Part shown: positions 1 through 8,433 of the stretch, one piece after another
How the letters are laid out: every line of letters begins with the position of its first letter
Numbering within the stretch: position 1 is the first letter of the stretch
Source of the DNA: Patescibacteria group bacterium
GTDB lineage: Bacteria; Patescibacteriota; Minisyncoccia; Phycocordibacterales; Phycocordibacteraceae
Length of the DNA stretch: 59,925 bases
Direction: 5' to 3'
Assembly: GCA_018969385.1 (NCBI GenBank)
Contig: JAGWYL010000003.1
Location: 1-59,925, forward strand
Made by a program: the position numbers and the translations under genes
The notes under the pieces: model-generated
What the model saw: only the letters and a program-made list of their open reading frames with translations
Databases searched by the model: none
What the model was told of the DNA's origin: nothing

Positions 1-90
1 GCGGCCCGCGGTTCGAATCCTCCACCTTTCGGCACAAAGCCAGAAAAAGCCGGACATACCGTGTCCGGCTTTTTCTGGCTTTGTGCGCCG
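1..90. repeat. Copy 1 (truncated by window edge) of a tRNA-associated hairpin element
   Basis: Exact 90-bp match to 1366-1455. Contains a perfect 25-bp inverted repeat (32-56/62-86, loop TACCG) and a GGTTCGAATCC T-arm-like motif. Confidence 0.95.
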
Positions 91-112
91 TATGGCACGA
101 GGTTAGAACGGC
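82..112. repeat. 31-bp direct repeat, left copy
   Basis: TGTGCGCCGTATGGCACGAGGTTAGAACGGC matches 724-754 at 28/31; the pair brackets the kinase gene. Confidence 0.9.
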
Positions 113-113
113 A

Positions 114-704
114 CTAGCTATTCAGGGTGAAAGGCTTTAATCCGTCTATGACGACATCGGCATAGCTTTTTGGGTTATCTCTCGCAAAATATTCGTCTTC
201 CTCCTTAAGCCAGTTTTTCCATTCCGCCTCAACTTCCTTTTGAGTTTTTCCTGTAGCAAGGTCGCGTTCCGTCCCCCGCCTGAAACAGACATCCTCCGGT
301 GTATCGATGAAAATTGCCATACTTATGTACTTTCGAAACTCCCGTCTTGAAGAACTCACACCTTCAAGAATCATAATAGGGGTTACAGGCTTATCGATTA
401 CGGGTTCGGGTTTATGGTTAGGCCACCATTTTGATCGCGGATAACTAATATTAGTTGCACCGGCCATAATTGGCTCAAAGACTCTCTCTATGATAATTGG
501 CCACCAGTTAAGCGGGTTATCCCAACTTGCAAAATCATCCTGACGGATAACCTCAGCGTTCAATACCTCCGAAAGTAGACCTGCAAATGTTGATTTACCA
601 GAACCACCATGCCCGTCTATGGCGATGAAAAGTACATTGCCGACTTTCGGTGATTTTTTTGCGAGAGATTCTCTTATTCGAGCAAGTAGCTCCGAATCGC
701 GCAT
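114..704 (-). CDS. P-loop nucleoside/uridine kinase-like protein
   Basis: IAIDGHGGSGKST Walker A, DDF, ILEGV motifs. Start moved to MRDSELL (704). Visibly more AT-rich than the backbone. Confidence 0.8.
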   Translation of the reverse strand: MRDSELLARIRESLAKKSPKVGNVLFIAIDGHGGSGKSTFAGLLSEVLNAEVIRQDDFASWDNPLNWWPIIIERVFEPIMAGATNISYPRSKWWPNHKPEPVIDKPVTPIMILEGVSSSRREFRKYISMAIFIDTPEDVCFRRGTERDLATGKTQKEVEAEWKNWLKEEDEYFARDNPKSYADVVIDGLKPFTLNS

Positions 705-723
705 TGTCAAAATATACACTATC

Positions 724-754
724 TGTGCGCCCTCTGGCACGAGATTAGAACGGC
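724..754. repeat. 31-bp direct repeat, right copy
   Basis: TGTGCGCCCTCTGGCACGAGATTAGAACGGC; begins with the same TGTGCGCC as the tRNA-Tyr 3' end on this strand. Confidence 0.9.
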
Positions 755-766
755 TATGGAGGGTGT

Positions 767-1297
767 ATGATTCTGGGTATGAATGACTTGCACGCGAGAT
801 GGTCGCATAGATGGCTATCGCCGAAGGCTGAGGCGCGAAAGTCCGCAATTCACGGCACAGGAGTTTTTGCAGTTGAATCCATTAAACAGGGCGAGACCGT
901 CGGCGTGCTTGGCGGGGTCGTCGTGCCCGTGAGCGACATACGTGAATATTGGAAAATCATGGGGCATGTCGGAATTCAGATCGACGATGGATTCTTTATC
1001 GTTCCGACGACACGCGACGAACTCGAAAGCAAAGGCGTTTTTAACCATTCGTGCGATCCGAACATTGGGTACAGCAATAGCATTACCTTTGTCGCAATGC
1101 GAGACATTGGTGCCGGTGAAGAGCTCGTGTTTGACTACGCGTTCAATGAGACCTATCACAACCCTATGGAATGCCATTGCGGCACCGCCCACTGTAGGAA
1201 GATGTTTACGGGAAACGACTGGAAACTGAAAGAATTGCAGGACAGATACGGCGCGTACTTCTCGCCCTATCTCCGTTCGAAGATTGGCAAAGCTTAG
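767..1297 (+). CDS. SET-domain lysine methyltransferase with post-SET cysteines
   Basis: HGTGVFA, NHSCDPN, RDIGAGEELVFDY, CHCGTAHCR motifs; GGAGG upstream. Confidence 0.9.
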   Translation: MILGMNDLHARWSHRWLSPKAEARKSAIHGTGVFAVESIKQGETVGVLGGVVVPVSDIREYWKIMGHVGIQIDDGFFIVPTTRDELESKGVFNHSCDPNIGYSNSITFVAMRDIGAGEELVFDYAFNETYHNPMECHCGTAHCRKMFTGNDWKLKELQDRYGAYFSPYLRSKIGKA

Positions 1298-1299
1298 GT

Positions 1300-1318
1300 G
1301 TGCGCCGGGTAGGATTCG
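1300..1318 (-). repeat. 19-bp duplication of the tRNA-Tyr 3' end (att-like)
   Basis: GTGCGCCGGGTAGGATTCG is identical to 1448-1466. Confidence 0.95.
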
Positions 1319-1365
1319 CCTCTTGGCCTGCTGGCCTCGAGACCTTTGTGCCCTCTTCGGGCACT

Positions 1366-1455
1366 GCGGCCCGCGGTTCGAATCCTCCACCTTTCGGCAC
1401 AAAGCCAGAAAAAGCCGGACATACCGTGTCCGGCTTTTTCTGGCTTTGTGCGCCG
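1366..1455. repeat. Copy 2 of the tRNA-associated hairpin element
   Basis: Identical to 1-90; 25-bp perfect stem at 1397-1421/1427-1451 abutting the tRNA 3' end. Confidence 0.95.
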
Positions 1456-1532
1456 GGTAGGATTCGAACCTACGTAGCCGCAAGGGCGACTGGTTTACAG
1501 CCAGTTGCGATTGACCACTCCGCCACCGACGC
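1449..1532 (-). tRNA. tRNA-Tyr (GTA)
   Basis: Acceptor stem GCGTCGG/CCGGCGC, D arm TGGCGGAGTGGTCAATCGCA, anticodon arm ACTGG-CTGTAAA-CCAGT, long variable arm, GGTTCGAATCC T arm. CCA not encoded. Confidence 0.95.
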
Positions 1533-1561
1533 AATGAGGCTGAGTATAGCCGAAACCCGAA

Positions 1562-2818
1562 CTATCTTCCAGTCTTGAGCACGAGAACATCACGCTTCCC
1601 TTTCCGGACAAGCGCGTGGCCGCCCGGGAGGTCGCCTGCGTAGATTTTCTGGTCGGGGTCGGTAATGGTCATGCCGCCAAGCGTGATGCCCTTCCCTTCG
1701 ATGAGCCGCCGCGCGTCCGACTTCGATGTCGCGACCCCTCCCTCGACGAGCACCTCCGCGAGCGAGCGTCCGGTATCAAGGTCGGACCTTGATACGGTGA
1801 CGGAAGGAGCCTCGGCGAGGGCGACGGCGAGGGCGTCACGGGAAAGCTCCGTGAACGGCGTGTCGCCGAACAAGGCGTCCGTGGCCGCGGCCGCGAAGGC
1901 GGCCGCGGCGGGTCCGTGGACGGCTTCGGTGACGAGGCGCGCGAGCGTTTCCTGCGCCTCGCGCGCGGACGGATCCGCGGCATGCTTCTCCATGAGCGCC
2001 ATGATTTCTCCGATCGGCAGGTCGGTGTACACCATGAAATACCGCTCAAGTCCCGCATCAGGCAACTGCAGCCAGAACTGATAGAACCGGAAGGGCGACG
2101 TCTTCTTCGGGTCGAGCCACACGGGGTTGCCCTCGCTCTTGCCGAATTTCTTGCCGGCCGCGTCCGTGATGAGCGGTACGGTGAGAGCATACGTCTCGGC
2201 ACCGGTCTTCTTCCGAATGAGGTCGACGCCGGAAAGAAGATTCGTCCATTGGTCCGTGCCGCCCACCTGGAGGTCGCAGCCATACTTCGCATGGAGCATC
2301 AGGAAGTCGTAACCCTGGAGGAGCGCGTACGTGAACTCGGTAAAGGAGATGCTCTCGTCCGGCGTCGCAAGGCGCTTCGCGATGAGCTCGCGCTTCACGA
2401 GGTCGTTGACGCTGAAATGCTTCGCGACATCGCGGAGGAACGGGATGAGCTTCAGCTTTCCGAGCCAGTTCGCATTGTCCACCATCGTAAAGCGGGTCTG
2501 GTGGAGGATTCCTTTCAGCTGCTTCTTGAGCGCCTGCGCGTTCTTCGCGAGCGTTTTCTCGTCAAGGAGCGTCCGCTCCCCCACTTCGCGCGGGTCGCCT
2601 ATCATCCCCGTGCCGCCGCCGACGAGGAAGATGAGCTTGTGTCCCGCTTCCCCGAGGCGCTTCATGAGGAGGATGGGCACCAGGTGGCCCACGTGAAGCG
2701 AGTCGGCGGTCGGGTCGATGCCGAGGTACGCGGTCCGGGGCTTTCCCAATATGGTCTCAAGCGGCGCGGAGGTCTGTTCCGCGAGTCCGCGCGCCACGAG
2801 TTCTTCGGCGAATGTCAT
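1562..2818 (-). CDS. tyrS: Tyrosine--tRNA ligase
   Basis: YLGIDPTADSLHVGH, LQGYDF, QVGGTDQWTN, KFGKS motifs and C-terminal S4 domain; start at MTFAEEL. Confidence 0.97.
   Translation of the reverse strand: MTFAEELVARGLAEQTSAPLETILGKPRTAYLGIDPTADSLHVGHLVPILLMKRLGEAGHKLIFLVGGGTGMIGDPREVGERTLLDEKTLAKNAQALKKQLKGILHQTRFTMVDNANWLGKLKLIPFLRDVAKHFSVNDLVKRELIAKRLATPDESISFTEFTYALLQGYDFLMLHAKYGCDLQVGGTDQWTNLLSGVDLIRKKTGAETYALTVPLITDAAGKKFGKSEGNPVWLDPKKTSPFRFYQFWLQLPDAGLERYFMVYTDLPIGEIMALMEKHAADPSAREAQETLARLVTEAVHGPAAAAFAAAATDALFGDTPFTELSRDALAVALAEAPSVTVSRSDLDTGRSLAEVLVEGGVATSKSDARRLIEGKGITLGGMTITDPDQKIYAGDLPGGHALVRKGKRDVLVLKTGR
1773..1795. repeat. Perfect 11-bp-arm palindrome inside tyrS
   Basis: GTATCAAGGTC-G-GACCTTGATAC; encodes VSRSDLDT in frame. 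Confidence 0.7.
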
Positions 2819-2889
2819 ACGGGCTAGTATACCGCATTCGCCGATACGGGAATGCGCGGGCACGCAAGAAGCAGTAGTATACCGGTATC

Positions 2890-3561
2890 ATGAAGCGTCC
2901 ATTCGGCACCATTCTGAAATATGAGGACATGAAGGATGTTCCTGCCGCTGACAGCGGCGAGTCGCTCGTCGAAGTCGGCACGTATGACCCAGCCATCCTT
3001 GCCGAGTATGAGCAGCATGACATGCGTCCGTACACGGGCGAGCAGATATTCGTTCGCGACACGCTCGCACGGAAGCTGGCGAACGTTAATGACGCGCTTA
3101 TGCAAAGCGGATTGCGTCTGCGCGTGGTGTACGGCTATAGGCATCCGGAGGTGCAGACGCTTTATTTCAACCGACGCAAGGATGCACTGCGCAAGGAACG
3201 TGCGCGCCTCTCCGAAGATGAACTTACCGCACTTGCACACAACTACACTGCCGAGCCGTCCCTTGGCGGCCATCCGATGGGAGCGGCCGTCGACCTGACT
3301 ATGGCCGGAAAGGATGGCATGCCGGTTGATATGGGAACTGCCATATCGGACTTCAGCACGGAAAAGATCGTCACTGATGCAGCCGGCCTGACCAGCGAGC
3401 AGGTGCGGAATCGGCGCATGCTTCATGACGCGATGGTTGCCGAAGGATTCGCGCCATACTACGGGGAGTGGTGGCATTTCTCGTATGGAGACAAGGAGTG
3501 GGCGGCATTTTACGGTAGGCCATCCGCACTGTTCGCGCGGGTCAATTTCAAATTCCCGTAG
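2890..3561 (+). CDS. D-alanyl-D-alanine dipeptidase (VanX/DdpX-like, M15)
   Basis: VVYGYR, GGHPMGAAVDLT and EWWHFSYGD zinc-peptidase motifs. Confidence 0.88.
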   Translation: MKRPFGTILKYEDMKDVPAADSGESLVEVGTYDPAILAEYEQHDMRPYTGEQIFVRDTLARKLANVNDALMQSGLRLRVVYGYRHPEVQTLYFNRRKDALRKERARLSEDELTALAHNYTAEPSLGGHPMGAAVDLTMAGKDGMPVDMGTAISDFSTEKIVTDAAGLTSEQVRNRRMLHDAMVAEGFAPYYGEWWHFSYGDKEWAAFYGRPSALFARVNFKFP

Positions 3562-3576
3562 TACAGTAGTACGCAT

Positions 3577-4929
3577 ATGAAGTCAGTCGCAGATACTTGG
3601 AGTCTCGGTGACGGTTCAGTGAATACCGAGCGGTATTCCCCTTCTCTAGCGGGCACGCTGCTCGTCAACGACGGGACGGCTGTCCACGACGTCGCTGAAC
3701 TGGTTGCCCGGTACGGTTCTCCGCTTGAGATTTTCATTCCGGATACGCTTTCGACACGCGTGCGTGCGGTTCGTGACGCGTTTGATGCAGAGATTCGAGC
3801 CGCGGGATACCGCGGCTCTTTCGCATACCACTATCCGATGAAGGTGAATCAGCGGAAGGAGTTCGTCATGACTGCGGTTCGCGCGGGCGCGAACCTGGAA
3901 ACCTCGTCTCGCAACGAGCTCGCGCTCCTGAAGCGCGCATTCGATGACGGTACGCTCCCGAATTCGGTTCGTGTGCTCTGTAATGGCCCCAAGACGGAAG
4001 CATACCTCGCGCTTGCGCTCGAGATGCATCGCGAGGGGCGCAGCGTCACGCCGATAATCGAGAGCGAAGAGGAGCTGCGCGCCCTCGAAACGTATGACGG
4101 ACCCGTCGGCGTCCGTGCGGACATGAAGCTCAAGATAAGCTCTCATTGGGACAAGAAACATAACCGCTTCGGACTTCCTGAAGATCAGCTGCTCTCGCTT
4201 CCAGCGATACCGAATCTCACCATCGTTTCGTATCACATCAGCTCGCAGATCGAGTCGCTCGACGAAGTCGTGAAGCCGGTCGAGCACATCGTCCAGGTGT
4301 ATGCCGCCCTGCACAAAAGGAACCCCGGGCTTACCACCGTGAACATCGGCGGCGGCGCGGGCATCCCGTATAAGAAGAAGCCGCTCTATTCTATCGAGGA
4401 GCTCGCGGCGGGCGTTGTCCATGCGTGCGCAAGCGCCGCGAAGGCCAATGCAGTGGAGCAACCGAACATCATTTGCGAGTGGGGCCGCTTCATGGCGGCA
4501 CCGGCACAGCTTACGGTCTTCAAGATCATCGGCGCGAAGCGCATCGTCGATGCGCCGGCGAAAGCCTGGTACATCATAGACGGCAGTTTCATCACGGACC
4601 TTCCCGATACCTGGTCCATCCACCAGCGCTGGCATTTCGTTCCCGTCAACGGGCTTGGAAGTGCGGGTCAAACGCCGGTCTGGTTCGCGGGAAGTTCGTG
4701 CGACAGTGATGACGAATACGTACCGGACGAGGGCGCGATAATGATGCCGCCGCTTAGCGACTCCGCACTCTATGTAGCGGCACTCGACACGGGTGCATAT
4801 CAGGACTCTCTTTCTTCGCGGCACTGCCTCCTTTCCCATCCGCGCCGCATTGCCTTGGCGGGCGGACACGTGAGCGAGCACGATGCACCGGATACGCCGG
4901 TGTCCATTGGCGCTCTTTTCGGCTGGTGA
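3577..4929 (+). CDS. PLP-dependent fold-type III basic amino acid decarboxylase (arginine decarboxylase-like)
   Basis: YHYPMKVNQ PLP-lysine motif (SpeA-like YPxKxNQ), NIGGG, CEWGRF, SCDSDD, DTGAYQ. Confidence 0.8.
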   Translation: MKSVADTWSLGDGSVNTERYSPSLAGTLLVNDGTAVHDVAELVARYGSPLEIFIPDTLSTRVRAVRDAFDAEIRAAGYRGSFAYHYPMKVNQRKEFVMTAVRAGANLETSSRNELALLKRAFDDGTLPNSVRVLCNGPKTEAYLALALEMHREGRSVTPIIESEEELRALETYDGPVGVRADMKLKISSHWDKKHNRFGLPEDQLLSLPAIPNLTIVSYHISSQIESLDEVVKPVEHIVQVYAALHKRNPGLTTVNIGGGAGIPYKKKPLYSIEELAAGVVHACASAAKANAVEQPNIICEWGRFMAAPAQLTVFKIIGAKRIVDAPAKAWYIIDGSFITDLPDTWSIHQRWHFVPVNGLGSAGQTPVWFAGSSCDSDDEYVPDEGAIMMPPLSDSALYVAALDTGAYQDSLSSRHCLLSHPRRIALAGGHVSEHDAPDTPVSIGALFGW

Positions 4930-4946
4930 ACGGACCTGTCGGTAAA

Positions 4947-4975
4947 TTGACGGAGGTCATTTTTTGACTTATAAC
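4947..4975 (+). promoter_or_regulatory. Sigma70-type promoter for argS
   Basis: TTGACG-17 nt-TATAAC. Confidence 0.7.
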
Positions 4976-5039
4976 TATTGCGGACTGCCGGAATCGGCAT
5001 GTTCCATCCGCAACCAAGAACCAAGGAAAGGACAGCGCA

Positions 5040-6785
5040 ATGCTGGGCCAGATCGAAACAGCGCTCTCTAAGGCGCTCACTTCCGTGTTTGGCGTCGCGC
5101 ACAAGCCGACACTCACACGGACACCAAATCTCAAATTCGGCGACGTCGCATGGAATTGCATCCCCGCTGCGAAGGCGGCTGGCATTGAACCGGCGAGGAT
5201 GGCCACGGAGCTCGCCACCGAGCTCTCCGCCTCGCCGCTTATCAGTGCCGTCTCGACGCAGGGGCCATACCTGAATATCACGGTCGTTTCGAAGGTGCTC
5301 TTCGGGACTGCCGTGACGCTCTCTGGCGCGTCCGGGCGCATCCAGACGGAGCAGCCGAAACGTGTGATGGTGGAATACCTTTCCCCCAACACGAACAAGC
5401 CGCTTCACCTCGGGCACGTTCGTAACGGCGTGCTCGGCATGGCTTTGTCGAACATCCTGCATGCAGCCGGACATACGGTTATCAAGGCCGACCTGGTGAA
5501 CGACCGCGGCATTCACATCTGTAAGAGCATGCTCGCCTACCTGAAGACGGGAGCGAACATGACGCCTGAGTCGCTCGGCAAGAAGCCGGATCACTTCGTG
5601 GGCGACATGTACGTCAAGTACGACAAGCTTGAGAAGGCGGCGAAGGAAGATGGCACGGACAAGAAGCTCGAAGCCGAACTTACGCTCATGCTGCAGAAGT
5701 GGGAGGACGGCGACCCGGATACCATCGCTCTCTGGGAAAAGATGAACGGGTGGGTCTATGAAGGGTTCGAGAAGACCATGGAGACCTACGGCTTCCGCTT
5801 CGACAAGATGTATTACGAGTCCGGGCTGTACAAGCTCGGCAAGGACATCGTCGAAGACGGGCTTGCGCGCGGCATCTTCACGCGCTTGCCCGACGGAGCG
5901 GTCGCCTATGAGCTGCCAATCGATCAGTTCGGGACGAATCCGGACGGCGGCCCGCAGCTGTTCACGCTGCTCCGGGCGAACGGGACCTGCCTCTACACCA
6001 CGCAAGATCTGGCGACGGCGAAGCTCAAGTTCGAGGAGTTCGCCCTCGATCGTTCCATCTATGTGGTCGGCGACGAGCAGGACCAGCATTTCAAGAGCCT
6101 GTTCTCGGCTCTTGGTGCTCTCGGCTATGACTGGGCTCTCCAGTGTTCCCACTTCTCCTACGGGATGGTGGAACTTCCGGAGGGCCGCATGAAGTCGCGC
6201 GAAGGCACGGTCGTGGACGCTGATGACCTCTACAGCGACATGGTCAAACGGGCCAGCGCTGCAATCAGTCAGAAGAGCGGCGAGCAGGATGACGGGCAGC
6301 TTGCGCGGCGCGGGGAGACCCTCGCACTCGCAGCTATCAAGTTCTTCCTGCTCTACCCTGCACCGAAGACGACCATCGTCTACGATCCGGCCAAGTCGCT
6401 CGACTTCGAGGGCGAGACCGGGGCGTACTGCCTTTACGCGTATGCTCGCATCAAGAAGCTGTTGCAGACAGCGCGGATGCAGGGAATCTCCTGGTCGTCG
6501 CTGCGGTATCCTGCATCTCTCACCGATGACGACCGCCTACTGGCGCTCGAGCTCCTCGAGTTCCCGCAGACGGTCTTCAACGCAGCCGAAGTGGAAAAGC
6601 CGGCCCATGTCGCGCGCAAGGTCCTGAAGCTTTCCCGGACGCTTCATCGGTTCTATGCGAACCAGCCGGTGCTTACGAGTCCTCCGGCCGTCCGTGAAGC
6701 GCGCCTTGCGCTCCTCGAGGCGACCGCAAAGACGATCGCCTGGGGGCTGGAACTTCTCGGTATCGATGTTCTTGAGCAAATGTGA
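5040..6785 (+). CDS. argS: Arginine--tRNA ligase
   Basis: EYLSPNTNKPLHLGHVRN, NDRGIHICK, MKSREG, FEGETGAYCLYAYARI; purine-rich SD upstream. Confidence 0.96.
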   Translation: MLGQIETALSKALTSVFGVAHKPTLTRTPNLKFGDVAWNCIPAAKAAGIEPARMATELATELSASPLISAVSTQGPYLNITVVSKVLFGTAVTLSGASGRIQTEQPKRVMVEYLSPNTNKPLHLGHVRNGVLGMALSNILHAAGHTVIKADLVNDRGIHICKSMLAYLKTGANMTPESLGKKPDHFVGDMYVKYDKLEKAAKEDGTDKKLEAELTLMLQKWEDGDPDTIALWEKMNGWVYEGFEKTMETYGFRFDKMYYESGLYKLGKDIVEDGLARGIFTRLPDGAVAYELPIDQFGTNPDGGPQLFTLLRANGTCLYTTQDLATAKLKFEEFALDRSIYVVGDEQDQHFKSLFSALGALGYDWALQCSHFSYGMVELPEGRMKSREGTVVDADDLYSDMVKRASAAISQKSGEQDDGQLARRGETLALAAIKFFLLYPAPKTTIVYDPAKSLDFEGETGAYCLYAYARIKKLLQTARMQGISWSSLRYPASLTDDDRLLALELLEFPQTVFNAAEVEKPAHVARKVLKLSRTLHRFYANQPVLTSPPAVREARLALLEATAKTIAWGLELLGIDVLEQM

Positions 6786-6852
6786 CCGTTGAATTCTTGC
6801 CGGTCACGAACTGTGGCGTCCTACGGGGCGCCACTTTCTTTTGATACCTCTT

Positions 6853-6881
6853 TTGACAAATTCTCTGATATTTTATATTGT
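6853..6881 (+). promoter_or_regulatory. Probable promoter of the 205-aa gene
   Basis: TTGACA-17 nt-TATTGT in an AT-rich spacer. Confidence 0.5.
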
Positions 6882-6916
6882 TCGTCTGAAACTTCATAGC
6901 TGCGAGAGGTAACGCT

Positions 6917-7534
6917 ATGTCGCTTGTTCTTCCGACTGATGACGTCCCACGACGACCCCGCGGGAAGCCGTTGACGCCGGTCGAAGCACATCCCGTTTGG
7001 GAAGCCGGCCATTATTACGCGGTGAAGGGCGCGACCGAATGGTCACGCGTCGGATGGGAACTACTCGAGCGGCTCGCGCACCCCGAGGCCGCACGTCTGC
7101 TTTTCATCGACGATGTGCACGAACTCGACGAAGTTGGTACGCACGAACGGGATAATCCCCGCATCGACTTCAACCCGTCATCCACGCACACCGTCATGGA
7201 ATCCGAAGTCCTTGACGATGCCTACGAGGTGCTTGAACCGCTCATGCGGCTGCCGAAACGAAAGCGAGTACGGTATTCGGCCAACAAGAAGACCTGGCGG
7301 TGCTCCGGTCATCTGCTCATCCGCGATGACAGCATCCCCACCTGCCTCTTCTACGACCTTGGCCTGACAGTGCGCAAATGCCTTCTTGGCTATCGTTCGG
7401 CGGTCAACATCTTGCCGAAAGCGTACGAGCTTCAGCAGCGGCGGCTTCGGAAAGTGGTTAATAAGGCATTGCCGGGATTCGGACTTACGGTCATCCTGCA
7501 TGACCTCGACGGAAACTGGGAATATCTGGAATGA
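6917..7534 (+). CDS. Hypothetical protein, possibly Rossmann/HUP-like alpha/beta fold
   Basis: GAGG SD and own promoter; EAGHYY, LLFIDDVH, AVNILP segments. Confidence 0.65.
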   Translation: MSLVLPTDDVPRRPRGKPLTPVEAHPVWEAGHYYAVKGATEWSRVGWELLERLAHPEAARLLFIDDVHELDEVGTHERDNPRIDFNPSSTHTVMESEVLDDAYEVLEPLMRLPKRKRVRYSANKKTWRCSGHLLIRDDSIPTCLFYDLGLTVRKCLLGYRSAVNILPKAYELQQRRLRKVVNKALPGFGLTVILHDLDGNWEYLE

Positions 7535-7641
7535 CCACGATTCACATAGCAGTTTAGCGGCATGCATTTTTCCTCAATGCATGCCGTTACTTTTTATATG
7601 CGGATGCGTCACGGGCCCTGGTGCGGTAGTATGGTGCAATC

Positions 7642-8349
7642 ATGGATACGAAGAAGACCATAGGGGTCCTTGGCGGCATGGGCGCGGCCGCATCCGCTGA
7701 TTTCTATCAGCGGCTCGTCGAGCTTGCGCAGAAGGAATTCGGCGCGGTCAGGGATTCGGACTTCCCTCCCATGCTCATCTATAATCTTTCCATACGCGAT
7801 TTCGACGAGACCGGCGTCGTAGATGCTGACAGCGTCATCGCTCAGCTCGTCGCGGGTGTGCGGACACTTGAGTCCGCCGGTGCCGATTTCTTCGTCGTGC
7901 CCTGCAATACGGTACACCGCTTCGCGAAGGAGATGAGCGACGCGGTTTCCATCCCGCTCGTGAGCATCATCGACGCCACCGCTGACGCGGTACAGGACGA
8001 TGGCCTGAGGAAGGTCGGTATTCTGAGCTCACAGACGACGCGGAACGAATCGTTATATGAAAAGGCGCTCGCGTCTCGCGGCATAGCGGTGCTCCACGCG
8101 GATGATGCGGAGCAGGCGAAAATCAATGAGGTCATCGCGCACGTCATGCGGGGCACGAACGGCGCCGAGGACGTGGCGGCGCTTGCGGCAATCGCGAACC
8201 GCTTCAAAGCCGAGGGCGCTGAGGGCGTCGCGCTCGGCTGCACCGAATTGCCGCTCGCCATCACGCAAAAGGACGCCGCTCTTCCGCTCTATGGCTCGAC
8301 GGAAATCCTGGCCCGCGCCGCGCTCAAGTACTCGCTCGGGACTGCGTAG
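7642..8349 (+). CDS. Aspartate/glutamate racemase family protein (RacX/YgeA-like)
   Basis: GVLGGMG, PCNT and GCTE catalytic cysteine motifs. Confidence 0.92.
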   Translation: MDTKKTIGVLGGMGAAASADFYQRLVELAQKEFGAVRDSDFPPMLIYNLSIRDFDETGVVDADSVIAQLVAGVRTLESAGADFFVVPCNTVHRFAKEMSDAVSIPLVSIIDATADAVQDDGLRKVGILSSQTTRNESLYEKALASRGIAVLHADDAEQAKINEVIAHVMRGTNGAEDVAALAAIANRFKAEGAEGVALGCTELPLAITQKDAALPLYGSTEILARAALKYSLGTA

Positions 8350-8433
8350 CGGCGCAGCGTCTCGACAAGCAGGATATGGCGTGCCATAGTGCTCGCGGAG
8401 CGCTATTGCTTCGCACACATTGGAGTACGTCCG

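Noticed and set aside
11-21. GTTCGAATCC motif here and at 1376-1385 as additional tRNA genes
   Set aside because: No D arm, anticodon arm or acceptor stem can be built on the plus strand from the visible sequence; treated as part of the repeat element.
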